Assembly (NCBI GenBank): GCA_947085765.1 | Contig: CAMTXZ010000004.1 | Span: 17,662 to 81,661 of the forward strand | Direction of reading: 5' to 3' | Origin: an uncultured Chromatiaceae bacterium | GTDB lineage: Bacteria; Pseudomonadota; Gammaproteobacteria; Tenderiales; Tenderiaceae | Length of the DNA: 64,000 nucleotides | Shown: one piece after another, positions 1-9,179 of the stretch | Layout of the letters: each line of letters opens with the position of its first letter | Numbering within the stretch: position 1 is the stretch's first letter | Made by a program: the position numbers and the translations under genes | Notes under the pieces: generated by a model | What the model was told of the DNA's origin: nothing | Database searches by the model: none | The model's input: only the letters and a program-made list of their open reading frames with translations

Positions 1-554
1 AGACCAAATTCACGCCCACCACCAAACGGATTCACCCCCAATTCAGCGGCTTTAGCGTTCAGCAACGCCGCCACTGTATGAGCGCCAAGCTGATAATGAT
101 CATGCGTTCCATTCAAGCGCATCACCTCTTCCAAGGTATAGCTTGTAGACTGGTTATTTACGAAGTGTATGAATGTATTGCCCTCAAATACCCCGCCGAA
201 ACTGGTATGAAACGGGGTTGTTGGCAATAGTGGAGCGGGCCAGCCACCGGTGTAGGTCTTGGGATTGCCGCCAGAAAAAAAGTTTCCGCCAGACCAGAAT
301 CCTGGTGTCCGCCCCATACAATCGCCGATCTCACCGGGGTGAGACAGGTTGCCAGAGAGCATGCCTGAGACAGTACAGCGATAATTCATGCCCAGGGCTG
401 ATTTGCTGCTCAGCGTCATAATGAGCGGCACAGCGATCAAGCCAGCGGTGGTGAGTTTACGGCGTGACTGATTAACCGTTTGGCCTTCATCCGTCACGTT
501 GCTAACACTCTTGCTCTCAGCGTCATCCTGACTGGGTCCACGGTCGTCATTCAT
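1..554 (-). CDS. Secreted protein of unknown function with a Tat-like signal; N-terminal 184 aa only, gene runs off the left edge
   Basis: Not in the ORF track because it has no stop in the window. My reverse-strand translation from ATG 554..552 (AGGAGA 7 nt upstream) stays open to position 1. It reads MNDDRGPSQDDAESKSVSNVTDEGQTVNQSRRKLTTAGLIAVPLIMTLSSKSALG, then a Gly/Trp/Cys-containing part (GDCMGRTPGFWSGGNFFSGGNPKTYTGGWP). SRRKL plus a hydrophobic core resembles a twin-arginine signal. Confidence 0.6.
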   Translation of the reverse strand, partial: MNDDRGPSQDDAESKSVSNVTDEGQTVNQSRRKLTTAGLIAVPLIMTLSSKSALGMNYRCTVSGMLSGNLSHPGEIGDCMGRTPGFWSGGNFFSGGNPKTYTGGWPAPLLPTTPFHTSFGGVFEGNTFIHFVNNQSTSYTLEEVMRLNGTHDHYQLGAHTVAALLNAKAAELGVNPFGGGREFG

Positions 555-1014
555 TCGTAATCTCCTAACCAAACTCTATGCAGGGGCACAACAGCCGCCC
601 CGAATATGGGAATTATACCAACCCGTAGCCTGTCGTGTCTGCCTCGACAGCGGATTGGACTAATTAATATATACGCGTATTAATGCAAGAATCGCACCCG
701 AATCTGCCAACGCCTTGTAATGATGATTTTTTTTAGCCTCTGGCCTGGGTCTTAAAAGCACCAAAATAACTTGAATGTAAAGAACTTCGACACCTCATTT
801 TTGAGGCTTTTCAAGCCACTAACCACAGATATCACTCTGACAATGAACAAAGTCTGATAATAACTGCTACCCGGTCCATCATAAGCTGTCGGCACAATCA
901 ACAAACTCAGCAGCCCGACCAACACGCAGCAATAGGCTACCGCAGCTGCCACACCACGGTATAATCCTGTAACTATCGATACGCAACAGACCTAACCTAA
1001 GGATTTCATTAAGA

Positions 1015-1782
1015 ATGCGCAGACCAGTGGTGATTATCGGTATCGGTGAGATGGCGGGTGTATTTGCCCGGGGCTTGCTGCGTTGTGGCCACCCTGTTTA
1101 CCCCGTTACCCGGGACGTGAACATGACAGCGGTAGCGCAACAACTGCCCGAGCCAGAGCTGGTGCTGGTAGCGGTCGGGGAAAAAGATCTCGATCAAACC
1201 CTGACCCAGATCCCCGCCACCTGGCGCAACCGTCTGGCGCTGTTACAAAACGAACTGCTGCCCCAGGCGTGGCAGAGTCACGGCATTGATCAACCCACGG
1301 TCATCTCAGTCTGGTTTGAGAAAAAACGCGGCCAGGATGCCAAGGTACTGATCGCCTCCCCGATCCACGGCCCTCATGCCCAGTGTTTATCGGACGCCTT
1401 GGAGAGTCTCAACATCGCCAACCGCATCGTCACCACCGCGCCGGAGATGCTCTTTGAACTGGTGCGCAAAAATCTCTATATCGTCACCACCAACATCGCC
1501 GGACTGGCGGCAGGCGGCACTGTTTCCGAGCTGTGGAGTCAGCATGAGTCACTGGCCCTTGAGGTTGCCAATGAAGTGCTGGATATTCAACAATGGCTTG
1601 CAGGGGTTGATCTGCCCCGACCGCGTCTGATTGAAGGGATGCTGGAAGCGTTTACTGGCGACCCCGACCACCAGTGCATGGGTCGTTCAGCCCCGGCACG
1701 GCTAGCACGCGCCCTCGACCAGGCCGGCGCTGCCAATCTGGCCGTGCCGACACTAAAAAGAATCGCCGCCAGCCAACCGTAA
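1015..1782 (+). CDS. Rossmann-fold NAD(P)-binding protein of unknown function
   Basis: 255-aa ORF starting MRRPVVIIGIGEMAGVFARGLL, a GxGxxA/G dinucleotide-binding loop at the extreme N-terminus. AAGGA lies upstream of the ATG. I recognise no specific family, though it is loosely ketopantoate-reductase-like. Confidence 0.5.
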   Translation: MRRPVVIIGIGEMAGVFARGLLRCGHPVYPVTRDVNMTAVAQQLPEPELVLVAVGEKDLDQTLTQIPATWRNRLALLQNELLPQAWQSHGIDQPTVISVWFEKKRGQDAKVLIASPIHGPHAQCLSDALESLNIANRIVTTAPEMLFELVRKNLYIVTTNIAGLAAGGTVSELWSQHESLALEVANEVLDIQQWLAGVDLPRPRLIEGMLEAFTGDPDHQCMGRSAPARLARALDQAGAANLAVPTLKRIAASQP

Positions 1783-1839
1783 AAGCAATACAATCAACAA
1801 CGAACCGCTATTGACCGTCTCTGTCTAACATCGTGTAAC

Positions 1840-4800
1840 ATGGCCATACGTACCAAAGAGAGTCCTTTAATGCAGTTGCAACACCATCCCGGCCCACTCA
1901 TACACAGACTCATGATTGGCCTTATCGTGATGGGCCAACTACTGCTATCCCAATCCCACGCTGACAACTACACCATTCAGAGCCTGGGTAAGGACTTCAT
2001 CCCCATTAGCATCAGCAACGCCGGTTTGATTGTTGGCAAAAATGGTGTTGACGGCACCATTACCACCCAAAATACGGCCAACTCCGGCACCACTACGGCC
2101 AACCTTGGGGCAACAAACGAAGCCACCCAGATCAATGACAGCAACGTTATCGTCGGCTACACCAAAACAGTTCCAACCGTTGCCACGCTGTGGGAAAAGA
2201 GCATCCTGTCTTTAGAACTGACCCGTTTCAGCAATCTCCTCAAAGCCACCGCCATCAACGGCTTCAACGAAATTGCCGGTACCCGCCTCGACAGCAGCAG
2301 CAGCTACCGGCGCCCATTTCACTACGACATTTTCAGCGGTCGACTGACCACACTCGGCACACTCGGTGGTGCAGAGGGGTGGGCCAATGACATCAACGAT
2401 AACGGTTATCTGGTAGGCAGCTCAGTAGACAAAAACGGTAACAGCCGCGCCTTTCGTTATAACAGCCAGAGTCCCACCCTGGCCGCTATTAATCCAATGG
2501 CGGGGTACCAACACAGTGAAGGGTGGAGAATAAATGACGATGAGAGCGTTGTCGGCTGGGTCTACAACAGCACTCTCAATCAAGCGGGCAAACGCGCCTT
2601 TTACAATACTATTGCCGGCAGCGTTACCAACCTCGGCACCCTTAACAATGATACCGACAGCGTTGCCAGATCCATCAACAACCACGGCGCCATCATCGGC
2701 CAGTCGATTCGCGCCGACAACAATGGTCAGCCCTTTGTCTTCAACACTGCCAGCGCCGACATAGTAATTGTAGTCACCGATCCGATCGATCCAAACACTG
2801 TCTACGCGCACAGCACCACCGGTACCGGCATTATAAAAAGCACCGACCGGGGTGATCACTGGCAGACCAGTAACCGCGGACTAACCAACCTAAATGTCAA
2901 TGCGCTAATCATCCACCCCAACAACAGACAGACGCTCTACGCAGGCACCAACGCCGGCGTCTTTAAAAGCGTTGATGGCGGCGGCAACTGGAGATTTCTC
3001 GCGGGTAAACTCGACAATCTGGCGCTCAGCGCCCTCTATATCAGCTTTGATAGCAACGGCCTGAGTGAACGCCTCTATGCGGGCACTAATGGTGGCATCT
3101 ACTACTCTGATGACAGCGGTGAAAACTGGACACTCGCCAGCGGCTCCACCGGCTATAGCACTTTCAATTTCACCCACCACATAACCCGACCAGACGCTAT
3201 CTACGCAGCCACCAACCGTGGAGTCTACTCATCCGGTGATCGCGGTCAATTCTGGAGTCGCCAGAATGGCCAAGGGACTACCCAGCTGCTAAGCCAACGC
3301 GTCTCAGCCATTGCCATTGACCCCATCAACAGTAACATTCTTTATGCTGGCACCATCGGAGGCGGAGTTTTCAGGGCCGATATTGCTGCGGGCTCCTTGC
3401 AATGGACATCATTTAATGACAGCAACCTGAGCAATCTAAACATCTACACGCTGCTGTTTTACAACAATGGAGGCGTCAGCACGCTCTTTGCCGGCTCCAC
3501 CGGCGGGCTTTATCAACGTGAGGTGGGCAGGTCCAGCTGGGCTTCCGCCAGCAATTTTGGTATCGACCGTGGCACCTATTCACTGGCACTAGGCAGCGAC
3601 GGCATCGACACAACGCTCTATGCCAGCACTTTTGATGGCGACGTCTTCCGCTCCATCACTGGTTCCAACAGCACATTGTTACTGGCCACCAACTGGAAAG
3701 CCATTACCAACGGTGTCTCATTGGCAGACATCTACACACTCGCTACCATCAGCAAAGATAGCAGCGACACCAACAGCCAGACGCAGATTCTGGCAGGGGC
3801 CAATAACGGATTTTTTAAACTCAGTTACAAAACCCCCGGTGACTCCACCAGCTGGACCACCCCCACCAGTGGCGCCAGCGGCATGAAGCTGACGACCATC
3901 GCCTACGACAACCGCACCACTCCATATACACTGTGGGCCGGTTCATCGGACCAGGGGGTGCTCATCTCCACTGACAATGGCGATAACTGGACATTCACCA
4001 ATGAAGGACTTAACAACCGCAACATCTCCGCCTTAGCCGTTGATACTACCCCCACCACACCTACCGTATTTGCCGCCACCATGGACGGCGTCTACCGCAG
4101 TGAAGATGGCGGCCGCCGCTGGAGCAGCGCTAATTTGGGCCTCAACAACTCACCGGTCTACAGCCTTCTACTTGATACCGGGGTAACGCCAGCACTGTTA
4201 TATGCCGGCACCAAACAGGGGGTCTACCGCAGCAGTGACTATGGCCGTTTCTGGGTCGCCATCAATGGCAATAATGACAGCCTCAAAAACAGCGAGATCG
4301 TCACTCTGCAAAAGGCCCAAAACGGCATGCTGCTGGCCGGCAGTCTCTCCAGCGGACTTTTCATCAGTAGCAGTAACGGCCAAACCTGGAGTGATGGAAA
4401 TGGCGCTACAGTACTGCCCCTATTTGATCTCGCCGAGGATCCATTTACGCCCGATAGCCTGCTGGCCGCCACCACCAAAGGGTTGTATAAACTCACCTGC
4501 ACCATTAACACCACTACCACTCCTCCCACTCCTGGCTGCAATTGGGATGGAACCATATTCCTAGAGGGCAACAGTGTCATAACCGTCCGTTTTGACCCCA
4601 ACAACGCCAACCATATCTACGCCGGAATGGAAGCCAATGGCATTCAGGTAAGCACCAACCTCGGCAATACCTGGCAGCCGCGCAACGAGGGCATTACCAC
4701 CACGAATGCTCGTATGGAGAATCTCAACAACCTCCTCCAGCCTCTCACGGTGCAAAAAAACTGGGATCTGCCAGATGCCGTCGACGTCAACAATAGTGGG

Positions 4801-5604
4801 CAGATCATTGGTTGGGGTTACCACTACAATGACTCCGGGGTTAACCTAGGTAAATACGGCTACCTGCTTACCCCGGTTACCGGGACCTCCACGGTCGACC
4901 TGGCAGTCTCGCAAACCACACAACCTGCCATCATCAAACAGGGTGTGCCCTTCAACTACCGCATCGCCATTACCAACCTCGGCCCAGATACCGAAACCGG
5001 CGCCAAACTGATCGACTGGCTACCGCCCGATATCATATTCCGCGTCGTCTCCACCAGCGTCAACACCAGAACGACCAATCCCGGCTTTTGCGAAAAGCGT
5101 CCAGAAAACATCATTCGCTGCGAGCTGGGCGCCATCAGGTCAAAAGAGACGGTCTATGTCACCATCTCCATGGAATCGCCCTACCGCGATGTTCAGATCC
5201 ATAATGTCGCCCGCGTTATAGGTAACGAATTCGACAGCAATAGCGACAACAACACCACCTCATCAGGCAATACTGTCACTATCGACAAATGTTTTATCGC
5301 CACCGCCGCCTACGGTTCATTCCTCGATCCACACGTCACAGCGCTACGCGCCTTCCGCGACAGACAGCTGCTCACCAATCCGCTGGGGCGTGAATTGGTC
5401 ACTCTCTACTACCGCTACTCACCGCCCATTGCCAACTTCATCAGCGACAGCACACTGCTGCGCGGGATCACGCGGGTATTGCTAACGCCCATCGTCTATG
5501 GCGTGCTCTATCCGTTTATCACTCTGTTAATGGTGCTAATCGCAATATCAACAATGATGTTTTACCGCCGCTACCGCAGAAACTCGATTTTTAACGTGGG
5601 ATAA
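1840..5604 (+). CDS. Large secreted/anchored multi-domain surface protein (HAF-type repeats, Asp-box/BNR beta-propeller repeats, DUF11-like domain, C-terminal [10 protein letters not shown] motif plus TM helix)
   Basis: 1254-aa ORF with an N-terminal hydrophobic signal ([18 protein letters not shown]). HAF-like repeats include [60 protein letters not shown] and [11 protein letters not shown]. At least 9 clear SxDxGxxW Asp-boxes are present ([72 protein letters not shown]). A DUF11-like segment ([30 protein letters not shown]) is followed by [10 protein letters not shown] and a terminal TM helix. The exact start is uncertain (M1, M11 or M25). Confidence 0.85.
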   Translation: MAIRTKESPLMQLQHHPGPLIHRLMIGLIVMGQLLLSQSHADNYTIQSLGKDFIPISISNAGLIVGKNGVDGTITTQNTANSGTTTANLGATNEATQINDSNVIVGYTKTVPTVATLWEKSILSLELTRFSNLLKATAINGFNEIAGTRLDSSSSYRRPFHYDIFSGRLTTLGTLGGAEGWANDINDNGYLVGSSVDKNGNSRAFRYNSQSPTLAAINPMAGYQHSEGWRINDDESVVGWVYNSTLNQAGKRAFYNTIAGSVTNLGTLNNDTDSVARSINNHGAIIGQSIRADNNGQPFVFNTASADIVIVVTDPIDPNTVYAHSTTGTGIIKSTDRGDHWQTSNRGLTNLNVNALIIHPNNRQTLYAGTNAGVFKSVDGGGNWRFLAGKLDNLALSALYISFDSNGLSERLYAGTNGGIYYSDDSGENWTLASGSTGYSTFNFTHHITRPDAIYAATNRGVYSSGDRGQFWSRQNGQGTTQLLSQRVSAIAIDPINSNILYAGTIGGGVFRADIAAGSLQWTSFNDSNLSNLNIYTLLFYNNGGVSTLFAGSTGGLYQREVGRSSWASASNFGIDRGTYSLALGSDGIDTTLYASTFDGDVFRSITGSNSTLLLATNWKAITNGVSLADIYTLATISKDSSDTNSQTQILAGANNGFFKLSYKTPGDSTSWTTPTSGASGMKLTTIAYDNRTTPYTLWAGSSDQGVLISTDNGDNWTFTNEGLNNRNISALAVDTTPTTPTVFAATMDGVYRSEDGGRRWSSANLGLNNSPVYSLLLDTGVTPALLYAGTKQGVYRSSDYGRFWVAINGNNDSLKNSEIVTLQKAQNGMLLAGSLSSGLFISSSNGQTWSDGNGATVLPLFDLAEDPFTPDSLLAATTKGLYKLTCTINTTTTPPTPGCNWDGTIFLEGNSVITVRFDPNNANHIYAGMEANGIQVSTNLGNTWQPRNEGITTTNARMENLNNLLQPLTVQKNWDLPDAVDVNNSGQIIGWGYHYNDSGVNLGKYGYLLTPVTGTSTVDLAVSQTTQPAIIKQGVPFNYRIAITNLGPDTETGAKLIDWLPPDIIFRVVSTSVNTRTTNPGFCEKRPENIIRCELGAIRSKETVYVTISMESPYRDVQIHNVARVIGNEFDSNSDNNTTSSGNTVTIDKCFIATAAYGSFLDPHVTALRAFRDRQLLTNPLGRELVTLYYRYSPPIANFISDSTLLRGITRVLLTPIVYGVLYPFITLLMVLIAISTMMFYRRYRRNSIFNVG

Positions 5605-6001
5605 AAGAGAGACGCCGTTCAATATGCAGTAGCAGCGAAGCGAATGACCCACGCGCCAAGAGCCAGGCAAAACCGGCCCCCAGCGTGTCAGCGACCATGT
5701 CGGCATACTCAAAGGCGCGATAACCGGTCTGCCCCTGCACAAACTCCAACGCCACACCCAGTGCAATAAACACTACCAAAAACAGCCACTGTCGCGAACG
5801 GTGGTAGAGCTGCGCAAACCAGCCCATCATGATGAAATAAGCACCGAAATGGCCAATCTTATCGCCAAACTCAATGCCCGGTGTTTGAATAGGATTGGGC
5901 GTCAACGACTCATAAACCACCCACACCACAAACAGCCAACCCAACCCGCACCACCAGCCAAACCAGCGCAACGGCTGACGTGCAGCAATCCCCTGTGTCA
6001 T
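5591..6001 (-). CDS. VanZ-like family membrane protein
   Basis: Motifs [16 protein letters not shown] and LGVALEFVQ...[13 protein letters not shown] are typical of VanZ-like proteins. I moved the start from 6112 to ATG 6001..5999, which overlaps the upstream TGA by 1 nt (TGATG) instead of overlapping the ROK gene by 112 nt. Confidence 0.7.
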   Translation of the reverse strand: MTQGIAARQPLRWFGWWCGLGWLFVVWVVYESLTPNPIQTPGIEFGDKIGHFGAYFIMMGWFAQLYHRSRQWLFLVVFIALGVALEFVQGQTGYRAFEYADMVADTLGAGFAWLLARGSFASLLLHIERRLSFIPR

Positions 6002-6903
6002 CAAGAGCTCACCGGCCACAACCAGGCCGCACCACGCACGCCGCTGGAATCCCCGTGCCGGGCAGGCAACAGGTGGGTATTCACCACATCGGAAAAGACA
6101 TGTTTGCCCCACAGCTTTGGCACCCGCTGGTAGAGGCTGCGGATATTGGAGACACCACCGCCCAACACAATCACCTCCGGATCGAGAATGTTGATCACAC
6201 TCGCCAGCGCCCGCGCCAGACGCTCCTCATAACGCGACAGCGTCTCCTCCGCCAAATGGTGAGCACCGTCACACTGGGCCGCCAGCTCGTTGGCGGGCAG
6301 CCGTTTACGTGTCAGATCATAATGGTCGCGACTCAGGCCCGGGCCACTGAGAAAGGTCTCAATGCAGCCATGTTTGCCGCAATAACAGGGGGGACCAGGA
6401 ACCTCATCCCATCGTGGCCACGGCATCGGATTGTGGCCCCACTCCCCGGCGATGGCGTTGGGTCCACGCAACAACCGGCCATTAATAACAATGCCCCCGC
6501 CGACACCCGTGCCCAGGATCACACCAAATACCGAGGCCGCGCCCGCCGCCGCACCATCCACCGCCTCTGACAAAGCAAAACAGTCAGCATCGTTGGCGAT
6601 ATGGATGGGGCGTCCCAGCAGTGCCTCAAGGTCCCGCTGCAATGGCTTATCATTCAGCCAGACAGAGTTAGCGTTTTTCAGTAAACCTGTCGCTGGCGAA
6701 ATCGCCCCGGGTGTAGCGATGCCGACACTGCCGGTCTCCCCCGTCCTGCCTTCAACCTGACCAATCAGCTCCACCAGCGTCTGCAACGTAGTCTCATAAC
6801 AGCCACGTGGACTGACAATACGCTCACGCAGCAACTCACGCCCATCACCTGCCAGGGCAATCGCCTCAATTTTAGAACCGCCGAGATCAATACCAATACG
6901 CAT
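6001..6903 (-). CDS. mak: ROK-family sugar kinase, Mak/YajF-like fructo(manno)kinase
   Basis: MRIGIDLGGSKIEAIAL, NANSVWLN, ANDADCFALSEAVDGAAAGA, GEWGHNPMPWP, Zn motif CYCGKHGCIETFLSG and C-terminal HGDSSGVRGAAWLWP closely track E. coli Mak as I recall it. The match is better than to NagK. Confidence 0.8.
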   Translation of the reverse strand: MRIGIDLGGSKIEAIALAGDGRELLRERIVSPRGCYETTLQTLVELIGQVEGRTGETGSVGIATPGAISPATGLLKNANSVWLNDKPLQRDLEALLGRPIHIANDADCFALSEAVDGAAAGAASVFGVILGTGVGGGIVINGRLLRGPNAIAGEWGHNPMPWPRWDEVPGPPCYCGKHGCIETFLSGPGLSRDHYDLTRKRLPANELAAQCDGAHHLAEETLSRYEERLARALASVINILDPEVIVLGGGVSNIRSLYQRVPKLWGKHVFSDVVNTHLLPARHGDSSGVRGAAWLWPVSS

Positions 6904-6912
6904 GCAACCTCC

Positions 6913-7467
6913 TTACGCCAATAACGAACGAAAATGCGGCCAGTCAAAACAGGCGCCGGGATCACTCTTGCGGCCCGGCGCAATCTCACAATGGCCCGCA
7001 ATCCGCTCCGGCGTGATGGCAGGAAACGCAACCATCAATAACCTGGCTAGCTGCGCCAGACGCTGATACTGCACCGGCTCATAAGGCAGCTCATCACACC
7101 CCTCCAGCTCAATACCGATAGAAAAATCATTACAACGTTCACGCCCGGCAAAACAGGAGGCGCCCGCATGCCACGCCCGCTGGGTAAACGGCACATACTG
7201 CACCACTTCACCGTCGCGGCGAATCAGTACATGGGCCGACACCTGCACCCCGGCAATCTGCTTAAAATAGGGGTGAGCGTTTTCATCCAGGCTATTGGTA
7301 AACAGCGCATCGATGTACGGCCCGCCAAACTCCCCCGGTGGCAGACTGATACCATGCACCACCAACAGACCCACCACCTCACCCACCGCCCGGTCATCAC
7401 AATTAGGTGAGGGTAACCGCCGCACGTCCCCCGCCAACCAATCCAATTGACCATCGACCTTTATCAT
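6913..7467 (-). CDS. ampD: 1,6-anhydro-N-acetylmuramyl-L-alanine amidase AmpD
   Basis: Amidase_2 motifs are present: LLVVHGISLPPGEFGG, VSAHVLIRRDGEVVQYV, RAWHAGAS, CNDFSIGIELEG. I chose ATG 7467 (GGAGG 8 nt upstream) over the GTG at 7473 in the ORF track. Confidence 0.9.
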   Translation of the reverse strand: MIKVDGQLDWLAGDVRRLPSPNCDDRAVGEVVGLLVVHGISLPPGEFGGPYIDALFTNSLDENAHPYFKQIAGVQVSAHVLIRRDGEVVQYVPFTQRAWHAGASCFAGRERCNDFSIGIELEGCDELPYEPVQYQRLAQLARLLMVAFPAITPERIAGHCEIAPGRKSDPGACFDWPHFRSLLA

Positions 7468-7753
7468 AAACACACCCTCCCCACCTCGACTACTATAGCG
7501 CTGTCAATATCACCACGCCGCCACTCAAGTGACAAGCGCAAAGCTCTCGCAGTGCAATACTAACTTTCAATCTGTCACCGCAAAAAATATATTTGTAGCG
7601 CAGTAAACAGTTAATCCTGGCACTCACCTCAAAAACCTGTGGATGGCATAACCAGCGCAACAGAACAGCTCTATTTTATCCATCCGATTGTGATATAACT
7701 TTCGCCTCACGCAACCAAATCCCAACGTTTAGTTACTCATCTAGAGTGCACCC

Positions 7754-9070
7754 ATGAATAATGCACAATGGTTCCTGCTTGTAGGTGGACTGCTGCTTTT
7801 TATGGGACTCACCGCCTCCATCCTCAAGCGCTCGCCCGTCACCTCCGCCATTATCTATCTGGCCGTAGGATTGTTAGTCGGGCCGACCGTACTCAATCTA
7901 TTTCATTTCAATCCGCTCAAAGAGTCCGCGTTACTCGAGGTATTGACTGAAGTAGCTGTACTGATCTCACTGTTTTCTGCCGGCGTTAAAATGCCGGTGC
8001 CGTTCAATTTGACGCGCTGGCGCGCGCCACTACGGCTGGCCATCGTCTCCATGACACTGACCGTCGCAATGGTCGCAGCCTTTGCCTACTACGTACTGGG
8101 ACTACCACTGGGCGCAGGTATCTTACTGGGCGCCATCCTCGCCCCCACCGACCCCGTACTCGCAACCGACGTCCAGATTCGCCACCCCGGCGATAACGAC
8201 CAACTACGTTTCACCCTCACCTGCGAAGCCGGCATGAACGACGGCAGCGCCTTTCCATTTGTGATGTTGGGACTTGGATTGTTAGGGCTGCATGAGCTAG
8301 GCAGCTTTGGCATCAACTGGGTGCTGGTAGATGTGTTATGGGCAACGGCGGCCAGCATCGCCATTGGTATTGTTGCTGGCATGGCACTGGCGCAACTGGG
8401 CTGGAAGCTGCGGCGCAAACCAGACAGACATATTCTAATGAATGACTTCCTTGGCCTGGGGCTGATTGGCATTGTCTACGGCCTCACCGTACTGTTTCAC
8501 GCCTGGGGCTTTCTCGCCGTGTTCTTCGCCGCCGTCGCCCTGCGCCAAACTGAATTAAAACTGGCCAAGGCTGACCAACACCTCATAGACAGCTGCAAAT
8601 CCCTGACAACAACCGACATTGATACAAAGGCATGCCCGGATCTCGAATCGCCATCCCTGGTCAGCGAAGGGGCACTGGTCTTCAAAGAGCACCTTGAAAG
8701 ATTATCGGAGGTAGTACTGATCCTGCTGATTGGCGGCACCCTGTTTCTGGACTCCTGGAGCTGGAGAGCCGTCGGCCTGGCGCTGTTTTTATTTATGGTA
8801 GCGCGCCCCATCAGTGTCTTCATCGGCCTGATAGGGACCCATACACCATGGCGACTACAAGGTCTGGCCAGCTGGTTTGGTGTGCGCGGCATTGGTTCGC
8901 TCTATTACCTGATGTACGCCATACAACATGGCCTGCCCGAACCGCTGGCGCTGGAATTGATTCAAATGACACTCATTGTTGTGACACTCTCAATTCTACT
9001 GCATGGCACCAGCGTCAAGCCGCTGCTGGAACATTTCTGGCGCCGCAGCAAATCGCCACGACCACCATAA
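7754..9070 (+). CDS. Cation:proton antiporter (Na+/H+ exchanger family)
   Basis: 438-aa polytopic membrane protein with GAILAPTDPVLA and EAGMNDGSAFPF motifs characteristic of the Na_H_Exchanger (CPA1) family. Confidence 0.85.
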   Translation: MNNAQWFLLVGGLLLFMGLTASILKRSPVTSAIIYLAVGLLVGPTVLNLFHFNPLKESALLEVLTEVAVLISLFSAGVKMPVPFNLTRWRAPLRLAIVSMTLTVAMVAAFAYYVLGLPLGAGILLGAILAPTDPVLATDVQIRHPGDNDQLRFTLTCEAGMNDGSAFPFVMLGLGLLGLHELGSFGINWVLVDVLWATAASIAIGIVAGMALAQLGWKLRRKPDRHILMNDFLGLGLIGIVYGLTVLFHAWGFLAVFFAAVALRQTELKLAKADQHLIDSCKSLTTTDIDTKACPDLESPSLVSEGALVFKEHLERLSEVVLILLIGGTLFLDSWSWRAVGLALFLFMVARPISVFIGLIGTHTPWRLQGLASWFGVRGIGSLYYLMYAIQHGLPEPLALELIQMTLIVVTLSILLHGTSVKPLLEHFWRRSKSPRPP

Positions 9071-9179
9071 GGCATTGATTGGAATCCATGCGCCTCTCAT
9101 CGATTGGTGAACAGCGTCTAAACTTGCGCCAAACTGGCCGCCCCCTCATAATTGGTTGTTTTTACGCTACTCTGAGAGC

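Noticed and set aside
752-952. 66-aa hydrophobic ORF (GTG start) in the AT-rich gap
   Set aside because: It has only a weak, distant AGGA upstream, a non-ATG start and no recognisable family. It cannot be supported from sequence alone. It is mentioned in the finding on region 1-1014.
5591-6112. Long form (173 aa) of the VanZ-like ORF, and other N-terminally extended ORF-track models (dxs 9156, folE2 11472, thiL 16620, queA 29583, leuB 49865, leuC 52054, LysR 51990, VWA 56297, MCP 56448, fabA 62284, lipoprotein 33989)
   Set aside because: The extensions start at TTG/GTG or upstream ATG codons, overlap neighbouring genes, lack homology to the family N-termini, and bypass better RBS/ATG combinations or stop-start couplings.
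7617-7632. Sigma54-like TGGCAC motif upstream of the Na+/H+ antiporter
   Set aside because: The downstream element is TCAA rather than TTGC at the required 5-nt spacing, and no enhancer-binding protein gene is nearby.
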